Positions 12,383 to 23,700 of a stretch of DNA of 33,570 nt are shown here, one piece after another. A program made the position numbers and the translations under genes. The notes beneath the pieces are model-generated. The model had not been told where the DNA came from. It saw only the letters and a program-made list of their open reading frames with translations, and searched no databases. How positions within the stretch are numbered: position 1 is the first letter of the stretch; every line of letters starts with the position of its first letter. Source of the DNA: Ascoidea asiatica JCM 7603 (Eukaryota; Fungi; Ascomycota); the NCBI GenBank assembly GCA_001600695.1, contig BCKQ01000014.1, forward strand, positions 319,939-353,508. Reading direction: 5' to 3'.

Positions 12383-12697
12383 GATAATGATATAGATATT
12401 GATAATGAGGAAAATAATGACAATGGCGATGACAAGGATGAAGAATATTCAAATTTTGGATCTTTTTTTCTAAAAACTAAATCAATTTCAAGATCAAATA
12501 CAGATATTTCTTTAAATGATGATAAAATATTTGGAAATGAAACTAACAGAAGAAATTTAATTTGGGAAAAAGAATCAAAAATTATAAAAAAAAATGATAT
12601 TTTTATTGATGATCTAGTAAAAGATGCAAAAGTTCTTTCAACAATAGAAACGAGTAAATTACTAACACTTGAAGTTCAAGAATCCCTTTTTTCATAA
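10826..12697 (+). CDS. RRI1: COP9 signalosome catalytic subunit 5 (JAMM/MPN+ deneddylase)
   Basis: KPWKNDFNFF, GGNIEVMGMLIGK, LPVQGTETRVNAQEDAYEYM, JAMM motif [41 protein letters not shown] and DFGIHSNRYYSL. These are CSN5-type rather than Rpn11-type. Long acidic and (DN)n extensions at both ends. Confidence 0.93.
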
Positions 12698-13226
12698 TCA
12701 TTCCTAATTATTCATTCCTAATTATCTTCAAAGATTCTGACTAATTCATATTCAAAATGCTGTAACTTTTGAAATATTTCTCAGATCGGAAACGAATAAA
12801 AAAATAAAATTTCTTTGAAATTGAAATTTGACACTTTTGAATTATAATTTCCTTTTCAGGACTCAACTGCCACAACTTGTCGCAGCTCACTCTCCACAAA
12901 CAGGCAGAAGAACTCGGCGGGTACTTTCCGTTTTTGGTGGTTTCGGAGTTAAGCATCTCCACACATGGCTGAAACCACTGTGTGATTGGTGGGATTATCC
13001 GCGGATGACCTAGCTTTAAGCTTCACTAGCCATACCTGCCATTCAAGAGGCTACTTTTGTGGCTATTTTTATCAAAATCAGCCACTCTTTTTTTTTCTCT
13101 CAAAATATTTCGCGAGTTTACAAAAAAAAACCTCCAAAAATAAATTATAAAACCGAGAAATTATCGCTTTTGGATCAAAAAAACTAATTGAAGAGGAAAT
13201 ACATTTACAATACAAAAAATTAAGAA

Positions 13227-14513
13227 ATGAGTGAAAATACTATAAAAATGAAGCAGGATACAGATGAAACTGATGTAACAACAAAGAGTTATTATTTTGA
13301 AGATTTAAGAGAAATTTTACTCAAAAATTTTCATCCAATGTAGGTTTAATTTTTATTTGCTGAAAAATATTCAAATAAATTTCAAATTATTAACATTTAT
13401 ATTTTTATATTCTTTTTCAATAAAATTTATAGATGGTTTGTTTCAATTATGGGAACAGGAATCTCTTCTGCAATTTTATATAAATTTCCATTTGAAGCTG
13501 AATGGTTACGAATCTGTGGTTTAATAATGTGGGGAATTTGTATATTTCTTTACCTTTTAACAACAATAATTTTTTGTTTACAATTAATTTATTATCCAAG
13601 TTCAATACATGAACATTTTTTCACTTTAAAAAATGCTCCATTTTTAGGTTGTTATCCAATGGGATTTTCAACGATTGTTAATATGACATATTTAGTTTCG
13701 AAAAAAAAATGGATAATTGGAGTTTATACACTTTGGTGGATTTCAGTTTTTTTGTCTTTAGCAACAGCATGGTTAGTTACATTTTTTGTTCAATGGAAAG
13801 CAAAAATTTCAAATGAAAATTTACATTCAACTTTATTATTGCCAGTTGTTGCTTTAACAGTTGCAGCATCTTCTGGTGGAATTTTTACATTAGATTTACC
13901 TTTACATTTACAATTATCAACAATGGTAATTTGTTATTTATTATGGGCAAATGCAATTGCATTAGCAATTTTTATAATTTCTGTATATTTTTGGAAATTA
14001 TATGTACATAAAATGCCAAAGGCTGATTTAAGATTTTCTTCATTTTTACCAGTTGGTGTACTTGGTCAAGGTGCTTATGGTATAATGTTATTAGGTAAAA
14101 ATGTTCATGATTACATTTTAAATCATGATTCAAATTCCTCATATGTCCCAAATAGTCAAATTGAAATTATTGTTGCAAATATTTTCTTGTATTTTGGTCT
14201 TTTTAGTTCATTATTTTTAATTGCAAATGGATTTTGTTTTACATTTTTTGCAGTTTGTACTTGTATATTTAATGGTAAAACAAAATTTTCAAAACCATGG
14301 TGGGCAATGACTTTCCCTTTAGGTACAATGTCATTATCAACGACTGAAATTTATAGAATTTTTGGTTGGAAATCTTTTCAATATATTGGTGCAATTTATG
14401 GTGCAACTTTAATCATAATAACAATAACTTGTCTAATAAATTCACTTTATTATGAATTTCCTGTTGAAATTTTTCAATTAAAAAAATCAAATTCTAAAAA
14501 ATACGCTGCTTGA
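13227..14513 (+). CDS. SSU1: Sulfite efflux pump, TDT/SLAC1 family; spliced: exon 1 13227-13339, intron 13340-13432, exon 2 13433-14513
   Basis: The spliced junction restores the family N-terminal motif NFHPIWFVSIMGTGISSAILYKFPF in frame with the ORF at 13449. Also FLGCYPMG, LLLPVV..VAASSG, SSFLPVGVLGQGAYG and WWAMTFPLGTM; about 10 hydrophobic segments. Confidence 0.88.
13340..13432 (+). other. 93-nt spliceosomal intron in SSU1
   Basis: Donor GTAGGT at 13340, branch-like TATTAAC at 13388-13394, T-rich tract, acceptor TAG ending at 13432. Exon 1 is 113 nt (phase 2) and joins in frame. Confidence 0.85.
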
Positions 14514-14743
14514 AATTCTTTTTTTCTTGTTTTTTTAAGCTTTTTTCTCAGTTTTCTTTTTCAAGTTCTTTAAGTTCTTTGCTTACTTTTTTTTTTTTTT
14601 CTATTACTTCTCTTTTTTTAATGATTTTTCATTTATTTCAAGTAAAATTCTAATATTTATATAAAATTATTCACTATAATATAATTATCTATTAATATAA
14701 GTTAATTTTAATTTCATTAATAGGAACAATAAAATATTCAATA

Positions 14744-15319
14744 TTATCGCTGAATAGAAAATCCTAAAAATTTAAAATCTTTTGGTGGTTCATAAATTTC
14801 CCATGTTAACCAATCACTTCTACTATTTGGAATTAAACCCATTTGATTAATTTTATAAACTCCAATAGCCATAATACCTAAATTTAAAATTACAAAAAAT
14901 ACTTCACAAACTATAATATCATAAAAATTATTTTGTGTTTTTTTATTAATAAATGGTTTGAATTGATTATGAACATTGAAAATTGCTTGTAATGGTCCTG
15001 TAAATAACATTAATGTTGTCATTATTGGAATTATTTGTAATGAATTTCCTGTCATATAACTCATAAATAAATTCATTGGAATTTGTTTCATTACACCAGA
15101 AGCTAATTCCCAAGCTTTTTTACTTTTTAATTCATCTAATTGTTCTTCACTCATTTGTTTTGGAGCTGATAATATTGTTTTTTTAGATTTTTTTGAATTT
15201 GAATTTGAATTTGAATTTATAATATCAGAATCATCTTCAAAACCTGGAGGTGAAACTATTGAAGGAACTGTTTCATAAACAGGAGGATCTATAAGATCTT
15301 TATCCCAACTTCTATTCAT
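14744..15319 (-). CDS. EMC4: ER membrane protein complex subunit 4
   Basis: SPPGF, LKSKKAWELA..KQIPMNLFMSYMTGNSLQIIPIM, GVYKINQMGLIPNSRSDWLTWE. First ATG is at 15319 (MNRSW); the ORF track starts at an upstream GTG. Confidence 0.93.
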   Translation of the reverse strand: MNRSWDKDLIDPPVYETVPSIVSPPGFEDDSDIINSNSNSNSKKSKKTILSAPKQMSEEQLDELKSKKAWELASGVMKQIPMNLFMSYMTGNSLQIIPIMTTLMLFTGPLQAIFNVHNQFKPFINKKTQNNFYDIIVCEVFFVILNLGIMAIGVYKINQMGLIPNSRSDWLTWEIYEPPKDFKFLGFSIQR

Positions 15320-15659
15320 TACTGATAATTTAAATACTTTTAGATAACTTTTAGCTTGTAATTTATCTACATATATCACTTTACTGTGTATAAAATTGTT
15401 TATTAATGCTTACTAAACTTGTCTTTATCCTTCTTATCAATACAAATTATAATACAAATCTCAGAAGGAACCTCAAGAAATTACCCTGCCGTATAATATT
15501 GCTGCACTGAAACTTCACGTTTATTCTAATTTAGTGATTTAGGGTAGGTTAACAGAATAATTTTGAGATTATTTTTAGAATAAATTTAAATTCAATAAAT
15601 TATCAATATTTAAAGAAGAATTAAAAAAAAAAAGAATAGTTAAATAAACATTGTTTATA

Positions 15660-16259
15660 ATGCATAAGAATAAAAGGATAAATGGTAAATTTATAAAGCA
15701 TTCATCTATTGGTAATCCTTTTTCAATATCAGCTATTGATACAACATTTAAAATAACTGCAAAATCAAGCTTAATTGCAGCTTTAAAAAAAATTGAAAAA
15801 AAATTAATTAAATTAACAAAAAATAATCAGTATAATAAATTCTTAAAAGTATTGGGTTTATCACAATGTATTTCAAAAGTTTTGAAAATTTCTGATTATT
15901 TTCAAAAAAAAGGTTATAAAATTGAAATTAGAAGTTTAACAGTTAAAGTTCTTGATGAATTTGAGGTTTCCAATAATAATAAATCAAAAAGCAATAATTT
16001 AGATTCAGGAGGAAATAAAGAAAAGAAAATAGACGATAATAACAATCAGACTGATAATAACAATCAGACTGATAATAGTCAAACCGATGTTGCTATGACT
16101 GATGAAATGAATGAACCTGTTAAATTCAGTGCTTTAGACAAATTATTGGGAAGTGATTATGATAGTGATATAGATAAAGAAAATAATGAAGAGGAAGATT
16201 ACGAGACTTTATATCAGAAAAGATCAATAACTGGAATTGAATTAAGAATATTTGCATAA
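15660..16259 (+). CDS. POP7: RNase P/MRP subunit Pop7 (Rpp20, Alba-like)
   Basis: KHSSI..TTFKITAKSSLIAALKKIEKKL..KVLGLSQCISKVLKISDYFQ..KIEIRSLTVKVLDEF..acidic loop..QKRSITGIELRIF follows the Pop7 pattern. First ATG at 15660; divergent from EMC4. The loop contains an 18-bp tandem repeat encoding DNNNQT. Confidence 0.85.
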   Translation: MHKNKRINGKFIKHSSIGNPFSISAIDTTFKITAKSSLIAALKKIEKKLIKLTKNNQYNKFLKVLGLSQCISKVLKISDYFQKKGYKIEIRSLTVKVLDEFEVSNNNKSKSNNLDSGGNKEKKIDDNNNQTDNNNQTDNSQTDVAMTDEMNEPVKFSALDKLLGSDYDSDIDKENNEEEDYETLYQKRSITGIELRIFA

Positions 16260-16480
16260 ATTATTATACTTTCAAAAAACATTAGTGAAAAAAGAACGAA
16301 GTTTTTACACTTTCACTGGATATTTTATTATATTTTATTTATTGGGAGAAACTTAAAAAAACTTATATTTATATATAAATTGTAAACTAAAGAACCCTTT
16401 TTTTTTTTTTTTTTATTAGAATGTTATTAATAATTTGTTAAAATTGAACTTCCCTTATTATTTTAATTAAGTGAAAAAAA

Positions 16481-17524
16481 CTAGTAAACAGCAATATAAT
16501 TATTTATACGTTCTTTTTGATTTTGAGCAATGCATTCTGCAATCCAAGTAATATTACGAACTTCTTGTTCTCTACTTTTTATCCAAGACCAAATAGTGCT
16601 AACCGAAAATTGTTGAGCAAAAGCGTCTTTACATAAATCCATTTCTAATTGATAGAAATGATCTTCTAAAGTCTTATCGGAACTATTCATTGTATCAAAG
16701 AAACCTTTATAAGAACCAACTTGATCAACAGCATATCTAATTTGATCAGGATCTTCAGCTCTTGACAATAAATCAATACCATTTGGATATAATTTACCTA
16801 ACTCAGGTAATAAACTTATTTTATCTTCAATTGTTAATTCAGATTCAAAAGAATTTAAAGCAATATTAATTGATCTTCTATCAGCTTCAAATTCTAATAA
16901 TTCTTTCATAATTTCATTAGCAGGATTTGGTAACTCTTTAAGGCAAAATTGATAAAAATCTTCTAAATAAGCTTTATATAATTTATTTCTGATAATTTCA
17001 ATATTCAAATCATCTAAATCATCTGGTGATAAACAATCTTTAAAATAAGGTGCTAAAGGAGTATCAATTAACACAGTATTAAACAAAGAATCTATATCAG
17101 TTGCAACACTAAGTGCAGGTAAAGTATCGAACCAACCTAAAGGATGACATCTTTCTAATATTTCACTTCTATCTCTTTCATGAATTGTTCCTGTAATCAT
17201 CAAAGCAACATTATCAATCATATAACCATAGGTAATGAAATCCATAAATTTAGCTAAAGGTTCAACTGCTTGACATCTAATGTAATTAAATTCTTTGTAC
17301 AACTTTTCTGAAGCTTTTTCTTGAATAGTTGAAGTTGATAATGGAGAAGGAACATTGGCTAAAAAGTTCCCATATTCTGTTCCTGATAATTGTAATTTTA
17401 AATCATCAAGAGTATCACATTGAGTTAAATTCATATATTGAGCTTGGGTAAGTAAACCATTTCTATAACCTCTGACTAAACCTTCAATGTAACCGAAGTC
17501 TATATTGAAAAACAAGCCTTCCAT
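16481..17524 (-). CDS. VMA6: V-ATPase V0 subunit d
   Basis: MEGLFFNIDFGYIEGLVRGYRNGLLT, YMIDNVALMITGTIHERD, CHPLGWFDTL, LDDLNIEIIRNKLYKAYLEDF, FEADRR, EQEVRNITWIAECIAQNQKERINNYI. Confidence 0.98.
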   Translation of the reverse strand: MEGLFFNIDFGYIEGLVRGYRNGLLTQAQYMNLTQCDTLDDLKLQLSGTEYGNFLANVPSPLSTSTIQEKASEKLYKEFNYIRCQAVEPLAKFMDFITYGYMIDNVALMITGTIHERDRSEILERCHPLGWFDTLPALSVATDIDSLFNTVLIDTPLAPYFKDCLSPDDLDDLNIEIIRNKLYKAYLEDFYQFCLKELPNPANEIMKELLEFEADRRSINIALNSFESELTIEDKISLLPELGKLYPNGIDLLSRAEDPDQIRYAVDQVGSYKGFFDTMNSSDKTLEDHFYQLEMDLCKDAFAQQFSVSTIWSWIKSREQEVRNITWIAECIAQNQKERINNYIAVY

Positions 17525-18301
17525 TTTCTGAGTTCTGAATCTTATATTAACAAGTTATAGCTGTTTAAATTATCAAAATAATTTTCATAAACTGAGCTAT
17601 TGAAATGAATTTCGAATGTTTTTTTAAATACATTAATATTAATGAAATTAAGTCTAATTATCAGTTCAAAACCACCATTGTAATTATTATTATTATCAAG
17701 TGCCTAAAGCATCAGAGAATTCAGTTCAGTTGCAGCCTCCGCTGACGTAATCAGATCCATATCTGTGGCTCCCGCAGAAGGATTACAATTTGTTTGTTGA
17801 TGTTTTCGAGTTTCAATTCTTTGGCATGAGCTCTTTGAATGTGGATGAGGATTTAAATCATTATGGTCCATTTCAAAATTGAGGACAGCCGGGTAGATAC
17901 AGTGGAGCATCAACTACAACTCATCTTATTGAAATAAAATAATAAAATATATTCGAAAATTCATTAATCCCAAAGACAAAAAAGACATACAAAATAGAAA
18001 TACAAAAAGAAATAGGAGAGAAAAATTACAAAAAAGAAATACAGAAAAGACATTCAGATAATAAGATGTTCAAAGAATTGAAGGGTATTTAAGAAAAAAA
18101 ATCTAATTGGGAACCATTTGTCAAATACAAAAAGAGCTTACAAAAGCAATCATAAGAATTGAAAACCAAACAAGTTTTTATGAATAATATAAAGAATAAA
18201 AGAAAAAAAGAAATCCCAATTTAGGTATATGAAAAGAGCTAATTGAAAATAAACTTATTCTTATCCTTTTATCATTGTAGATCAAAATATGCTTTACAGT
18301 A

Positions 18302-20749
18302 CTAATATTGACAGTCTTTATCATCTTTTATACAAGTAACTGTTGTTGCTGCACCAGTTGAGGAAGGACGAGAACAATTTGAAAAGCCTGAAGGAATAGA
18401 AGAGTTTTTACTCATATTTGAAATATTTCTCATTCCATTGTTTCCAGCGCCTGATGATGAAGGAGTCATAGTAGTTCCTTGTCTCATTGGTGGATAATAA
18501 AGATAATATGGAGGAGGAGGTACTGGTGAAATTTGGGAATAATCTCCATTTGCTGAAGGATCATAATAATATGGGTAATTTGGTGTATAAGGATAATATC
18601 CATTACCAGTAGCTGATTGGGGTAAAGCATTTGGATCAAATCCATACATATCTTTTGGCATGAAATAATAAAATGGTGGAGACATTTGTGTATTTGATGG
18701 AGGAATCTGTCTTCTATTTGAATAATCTGAAAGATTTCCAGGAACATCTGTAGACTCAACTTTTTCATTGGAATTTTCATGGGATATAGCGGTAGAAGGC
18801 GAGTACATTGATTTTGCAATCATATGTGATGAAATATTTGAACGATTTGATGGTGAAGGGGTTGATGATTTATCATTAGTTATAACATCTTTCATTTTAT
18901 TTGGTGTTGGTGTAGATGTTATTGAATTTTTATCACTCCAACCTGTTGAAGAAGTCATTTTTATTGGATTATAGCGATTATTATTTCCTGAACCTTTTCT
19001 ATTAAACTTGGCATAATATGGATTTTTCCCTTGGTCATTATCATAATAATTTCCATAATCTTTATAATTTGAATTAATTGGCTTATTCAAATCAAATCTA
19101 TTATTAATTTTTGTTTGATAATAACCCATGTTATTACTCATGCTTAAAGTGTTAGACTGGTTATTATTATTCGAATGAATTAAACTTAAGTTTCTTCTTC
19201 TAGGATTATAAGGACGATTATCAATATTATTTCCTGCTAAATTGCCCGAACTATTATTATAAATTCCATTACTATTACTTGCATTTAAATTATTATTATT
19301 GGAATTAGAAACTGATGAATTAGAGTTTAAATTATTTTCTTGTGAATTTTCTGAAGGTTGAGATATTGCAAACTGTCCCATTGGTGTTTTTATTGGTAAT
19401 GATGAAGCTCTTTCTTTAATTACACTATTAGTATTATTCGATCTTTTTGGGATATTAATTGGAGGTGGAGCTAAAGACAATAAAGGTTCAGTATTAGTAG
19501 ATCTATTATAATTTGAATTGAAATTTTGATAATTAGATCTATTATGATGATGCATTTCTCTATATTGAACGTGCATTGTTTTATCAAAAAAAATCGCATG
19601 ATTTTCTCTTTCAACAGCAGCTGCAGCAGATTTTTCATCTTGGTATTTAATAAATGCAAAATTATTATTATGTTTTTGCACTAAAACAGTATCAATAATT
19701 TTTCCATGGATAAGAAATCTTTCTTGTAACAATTCTTTTGTTACTCTTGAATCTAATTGACCAACAAAAATAGAATTTTTATCAATAATAACTTTATTTG
19801 TATTTCCTTCAGGTAATTCAATATTTTTTGCCCATTGGACAATCCATTCAGTATTATGATATAAACTTGCAAAAGCTCCAATAGCATCATTTCTATAGGC
19901 AAATTTTATAAACCAAGCTTTATTCAAGGCATCATAAGAATCAGCGGTTAAATTATTTGGGTCAACAATATTATTTGGATCATCGCCACTACCTAAAGCT
20001 TGCTCAATTTCACCATATTCTTTCATTATATTACAAATGTCAGAACAAAGAATTTCATTAGCAGTTGAAGTTGCAATATATAAAGTTCTATTAACTTTGG
20101 CAGCTTCACAACGGATAGATCTACCATTTAACATGGAATGTTGAGCTTGCCTTAAAGCAGATTTTGCATCGTTATCATTAGAATATTGGACGAAAGCATA
20201 AGGTCTATTTGAAGGATCACGAAGAACTTTAACAGAAATTTCACCCCATTTTTTAAAATGTTCATAAACTGAAATATATAATTCATTATCGGTTTTTGAA
20301 GCAGCAAGACTTGCAACAAAAACACAAGCAGACGGACGACTACGTACAGGAGATTTGATTTGATTTGATAAATTATTTTCAAGTTGAGATGGAATTGAAA
20401 TAGAATCATTATCTAAATTTTTAGTAATGATATTTTGGGGAGTTGTTGTATCTTGATAGCTATAGAATTGTTCATCATTATTATCTATATCTAATTCTAC
20501 ATCAGGCAAACTTAGAGCAGAATTTTCATCATTATGATTTTCATTATCATCATCATCATCATCATCATCATCGTCATCATCATCGTCATCCAGGGATTCT
20601 TCTTCTTCCGATGAAAAAGAAGTTGGTAACATTTTAGAAATGTTTTGACAAACTGCTGAATAGCTTTCTAGATTTGTTGGTGATTTTTTAGTAAGAATAA
20701 TATTTTCATCAATTAATGATGGAGAATTAATATCCTTGGCTGTTGACAT
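18302..20749 (-). CDS. RIM4: Meiotic RRM RNA-binding translational repressor
   Basis: RRM1 RSRPSACVFVASLAA..DNELYISV..FKKWG..VKVLRDPSNRPYAFVQY..GRSIRCEAAKVNRTL is Rim4-diagnostic. RRM2 WFIKFAYRNDAIGAF and RRM3 IDKNSIFVGQL..AAAAVERENHAIF..KTMHVQYRE follow, then an Asn-rich and a Tyr/Pro-rich low-complexity C-terminus. Confidence 0.92.
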   Translation of the reverse strand: MSTAKDINSPSLIDENIILTKKSPTNLESYSAVCQNISKMLPTSFSSEEEESLDDDDDDDDDDDDDDDNENHNDENSALSLPDVELDIDNNDEQFYSYQDTTTPQNIITKNLDNDSISIPSQLENNLSNQIKSPVRSRPSACVFVASLAASKTDNELYISVYEHFKKWGEISVKVLRDPSNRPYAFVQYSNDNDAKSALRQAQHSMLNGRSIRCEAAKVNRTLYIATSTANEILCSDICNIMKEYGEIEQALGSGDDPNNIVDPNNLTADSYDALNKAWFIKFAYRNDAIGAFASLYHNTEWIVQWAKNIELPEGNTNKVIIDKNSIFVGQLDSRVTKELLQERFLIHGKIIDTVLVQKHNNNFAFIKYQDEKSAAAAVERENHAIFFDKTMHVQYREMHHHNRSNYQNFNSNYNRSTNTEPLLSLAPPPINIPKRSNNTNSVIKERASSLPIKTPMGQFAISQPSENSQENNLNSNSSVSNSNNNNLNASNSNGIYNNSSGNLAGNNIDNRPYNPRRRNLSLIHSNNNNQSNTLSMSNNMGYYQTKINNRFDLNKPINSNYKDYGNYYDNDQGKNPYYAKFNRKGSGNNNRYNPIKMTSSTGWSDKNSITSTPTPNKMKDVITNDKSSTPSPSNRSNISSHMIAKSMYSPSTAISHENSNEKVESTDVPGNLSDYSNRRQIPPSNTQMSPPFYYFMPKDMYGFDPNALPQSATGNGYYPYTPNYPYYYDPSANGDYSQISPVPPPPYYLYYPPMRQGTTMTPSSSGAGNNGMRNISNMSKNSSIPSGFSNCSRPSSTGAATTVTCIKDDKDCQY

Positions 20750-23700
20750 TTTTTTAATTTTAGGATTATAAAAGATTAATTTGTTGATTTAAATTGATTA
20801 TATATTTTTGCTGAACTGTTATTTAAGAATATTGGTATCCCAAAGGCTTGATAGAATTAGAAAATAATTAAGCGCTTGAATTTTTTTACTTATTTTTTTC
20901 AAATTTGTTTAAATGAAAAGAAATGTAAATGAAAATGAAAATGAAAAAGAAAAATAAGTGATATAAAAGAAATTTATTTACCGCTGAATATAAAGCGTAT
21001 ATAAATTTTTAAAAAAATTAAAAGACGATAGAAGGAAAATGGAGGAGTAATTTCATAAGTTTTTAAGGATGATTAAGGAGGAAATGATTTTTAATATTTT
21101 CTAAGCAATTAAACTGTTAATATATTATAAGGGAAGAAATGAGAAGAAGAAACTGATAATATTAGCAGATTACTTGAGGAATTAGTTTTTATTCAAATGT
21201 GTAAATATAAAAAGATGTAATAACTTTGAAGGATATTAGTAATAAGATATATTTAACTGATTTAAATTCTTTTTTTTTAAAGAAAATAAGAAAAAATGAT
21301 TTTAAAGAAGAAGGAAAATTTGGGGTATATATACTCCTAATGAATTGAGAGATGAATTTGGAAATGATTTAAAAATATTAGAGATATGAGATTTGTATGA
21401 GAATATTGATGAAAGTAGGGCGCTTAATGGAGAAATTTGGAGATCGAATTATTGCATTATTAAATTTTTAAATTATCAGATTATGAAACTATCGAATAGT
21501 AGAATAATTGAATAATCAATTTATCGAATTATGAATATATTATCTAATCTAAAGAAGGTGAATCAAAATTGGAAATTCTATTACTAAATACTAATTAGCA
21601 TCATCGTTAATAATAATTAGTTGCAAGTTGGAAAAAAATGGTGAAATGGGTGAAATGACCCAGAATTACTCATCTCATCTCATCTTGATGCATTTTGCTT
21701 AAACTTAGAGTTTCATGTGCTTCAAATACTTTTCGGGTAAGGAAAGTGTTCAAATTGGACTGATGGAGACAGATACAGACTATTAGAAGACTAATAAAAG
21801 AAAGAATATCCATTTTCAATGGCTCAGAAGCTGCAATTTTTTCCAATTTTTATCGATATTTCATTAATAATGTAGGGCTTTAAAGGTGAACCCAAATATT
21901 GCGTTGTTGAAATACAGTACCGGTAGTGCGCTACAGTAGCTCTGTTCTTTTGTTTGAGCACATAAGAATAACTGTAAATTCTAGTGTATAGAGATGAGAA
22001 AAGACCATTTTTATCCTGGGAAAAGTAAAGTAAGAAAAAATGTGGTAGTTGCTGCAGTTTCAGGTTCATCTGCACCCATAATCTCAGAAGTTATATTATT
22101 CTTTCCTAAAATTAGAGTCTCTTGGGTTACAAAAATTATTAATTGATAAGTGTTACTAATCAAATCGTAATTACCACTAATTACTATTCCAGAAATAGAT
22201 TAAATATTATTTTTTTATTGCTTTAAATTCATGTTTGCTCGAACATATACTTTTTACCTACAGTTATGTTTCAGATATATGTTCTTTGTGTGTTTGTATA
22301 CAATATTTTCATATTAATCAATATCTATATTGATTTTTAAATATCAATAGATACCATTAGTGATATAATTTCAAACAAAGAACAAAATTCATGCAGAACA
22401 CATATCTTATTTTACAAGATTTTTGTAAAGATTCTAGATAAAATTTTTTCTGGATAAAGATTATTCTAGATCCAATTGAAATACAAAATTTAAAATCTGG
22501 AATTTTAAAGAAAAAAACTTCAATTTCGGTTGAAAGTTTGTTTGTTACTCAATTTTCATTCAAGTTATTAAAGAAATTTTTCCTTTGATTGTTATTATTT
22601 TCTTAAATGATTTTATTGGTTAAATGATTTAAAAACTTCTTCCACAAAAAAAAAAAGTTGATATATTTGATTGCTTTTCAGACTCCTTTTTTTGTTTTTG
22701 CTATTGGCTTTTAGATTTTCTAGAAGATTATTAATGGCTTAGATTGAAACCACAAAACCAAATTGGAAAAGTAATTGAAGAAAACAAAAATTGTAAAAGA
22801 AGTAACGTACATTAAACTGCTTTTTAAGTGTAAGTATACAACAAAACTATTTTTATTTTAAATTTTCAATTATAAACTCTCAACTTTAACTATGAGTAGA
22901 TGAGTTCTAAATTTTACCTTGAAAAGGTTAAAGCTTAGATTCTAAAGTCAAAATGTCAAAGTTTCCTTTTTATTTTTAGTGTTTAAAATACGATATTAAG
23001 CTATAATGTTACTTATTATATTCAGAAATCACTTCTCCTCAAGAATTTTAGTATTATATAACTATAACTAAAAAAAGATGAAATTCTAAGTAAATTATTT
23101 CATGATATTGATGTTGGTTCGCTTGTAATTATATAAATCATTGATTTTTATTAATGAAACTTAAAAAAGACTTTGCTAATTCAGTTTCAATTACTTCCTT
23201 GAAAAGAGAGAAGAGAAATAATTAAACAAATTTTCTTTCACATGCTAATCCTTCTTACATACAGTATGTATGGAAACAGTGCTATAACCTTACCTGAATA
23301 TTTTCCTTATCATAGCCAAAATATTTTGGGTGTTGTCAGAGGTTTATAGGACTTACAGCACCTTCAGTTTATTTATGCCTTATGATGAATCTGGCAAATT
23401 ACTAATGATGTATCACTTAAAGTGGTCACTCTAGTATTTTAATTTTTGTGGTTTCAAAAATTTCTGCTTTTAGATTATTAACGTATTGCAAATATCCTTA
23501 TTTATTTCTGAGTTCACTAGCGATAGCTTAACTGTGCTCTATATCGAGTTCTGCAGTGAATTTTTTTTTTTGAACCAAGTTTATATAAATTTGAGACAAA
23601 ACGTATGAATCATGTACATTGGATTAGTATAAAGTACGGATATCAATACTGCATAATACAGATTTATTTTCTTGCATTTTTTGTGTATTCAAACCCATAA

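Noticed and set aside
17704-17913. 69-aa ORF or possible snoRNA between RIM4 and VMA6
   Set aside because: Non-ATG first codon and no clear C/D boxes. It contains TGACGTAA and CCGGGTA promoter-type sites and is best explained as the VMA6 promoter.
4636-20749. CUG codon reassignment inferred from apparent CTG scarcity
   Set aside because: Not counted rigorously, and extreme AT bias alone would explain the scarcity.
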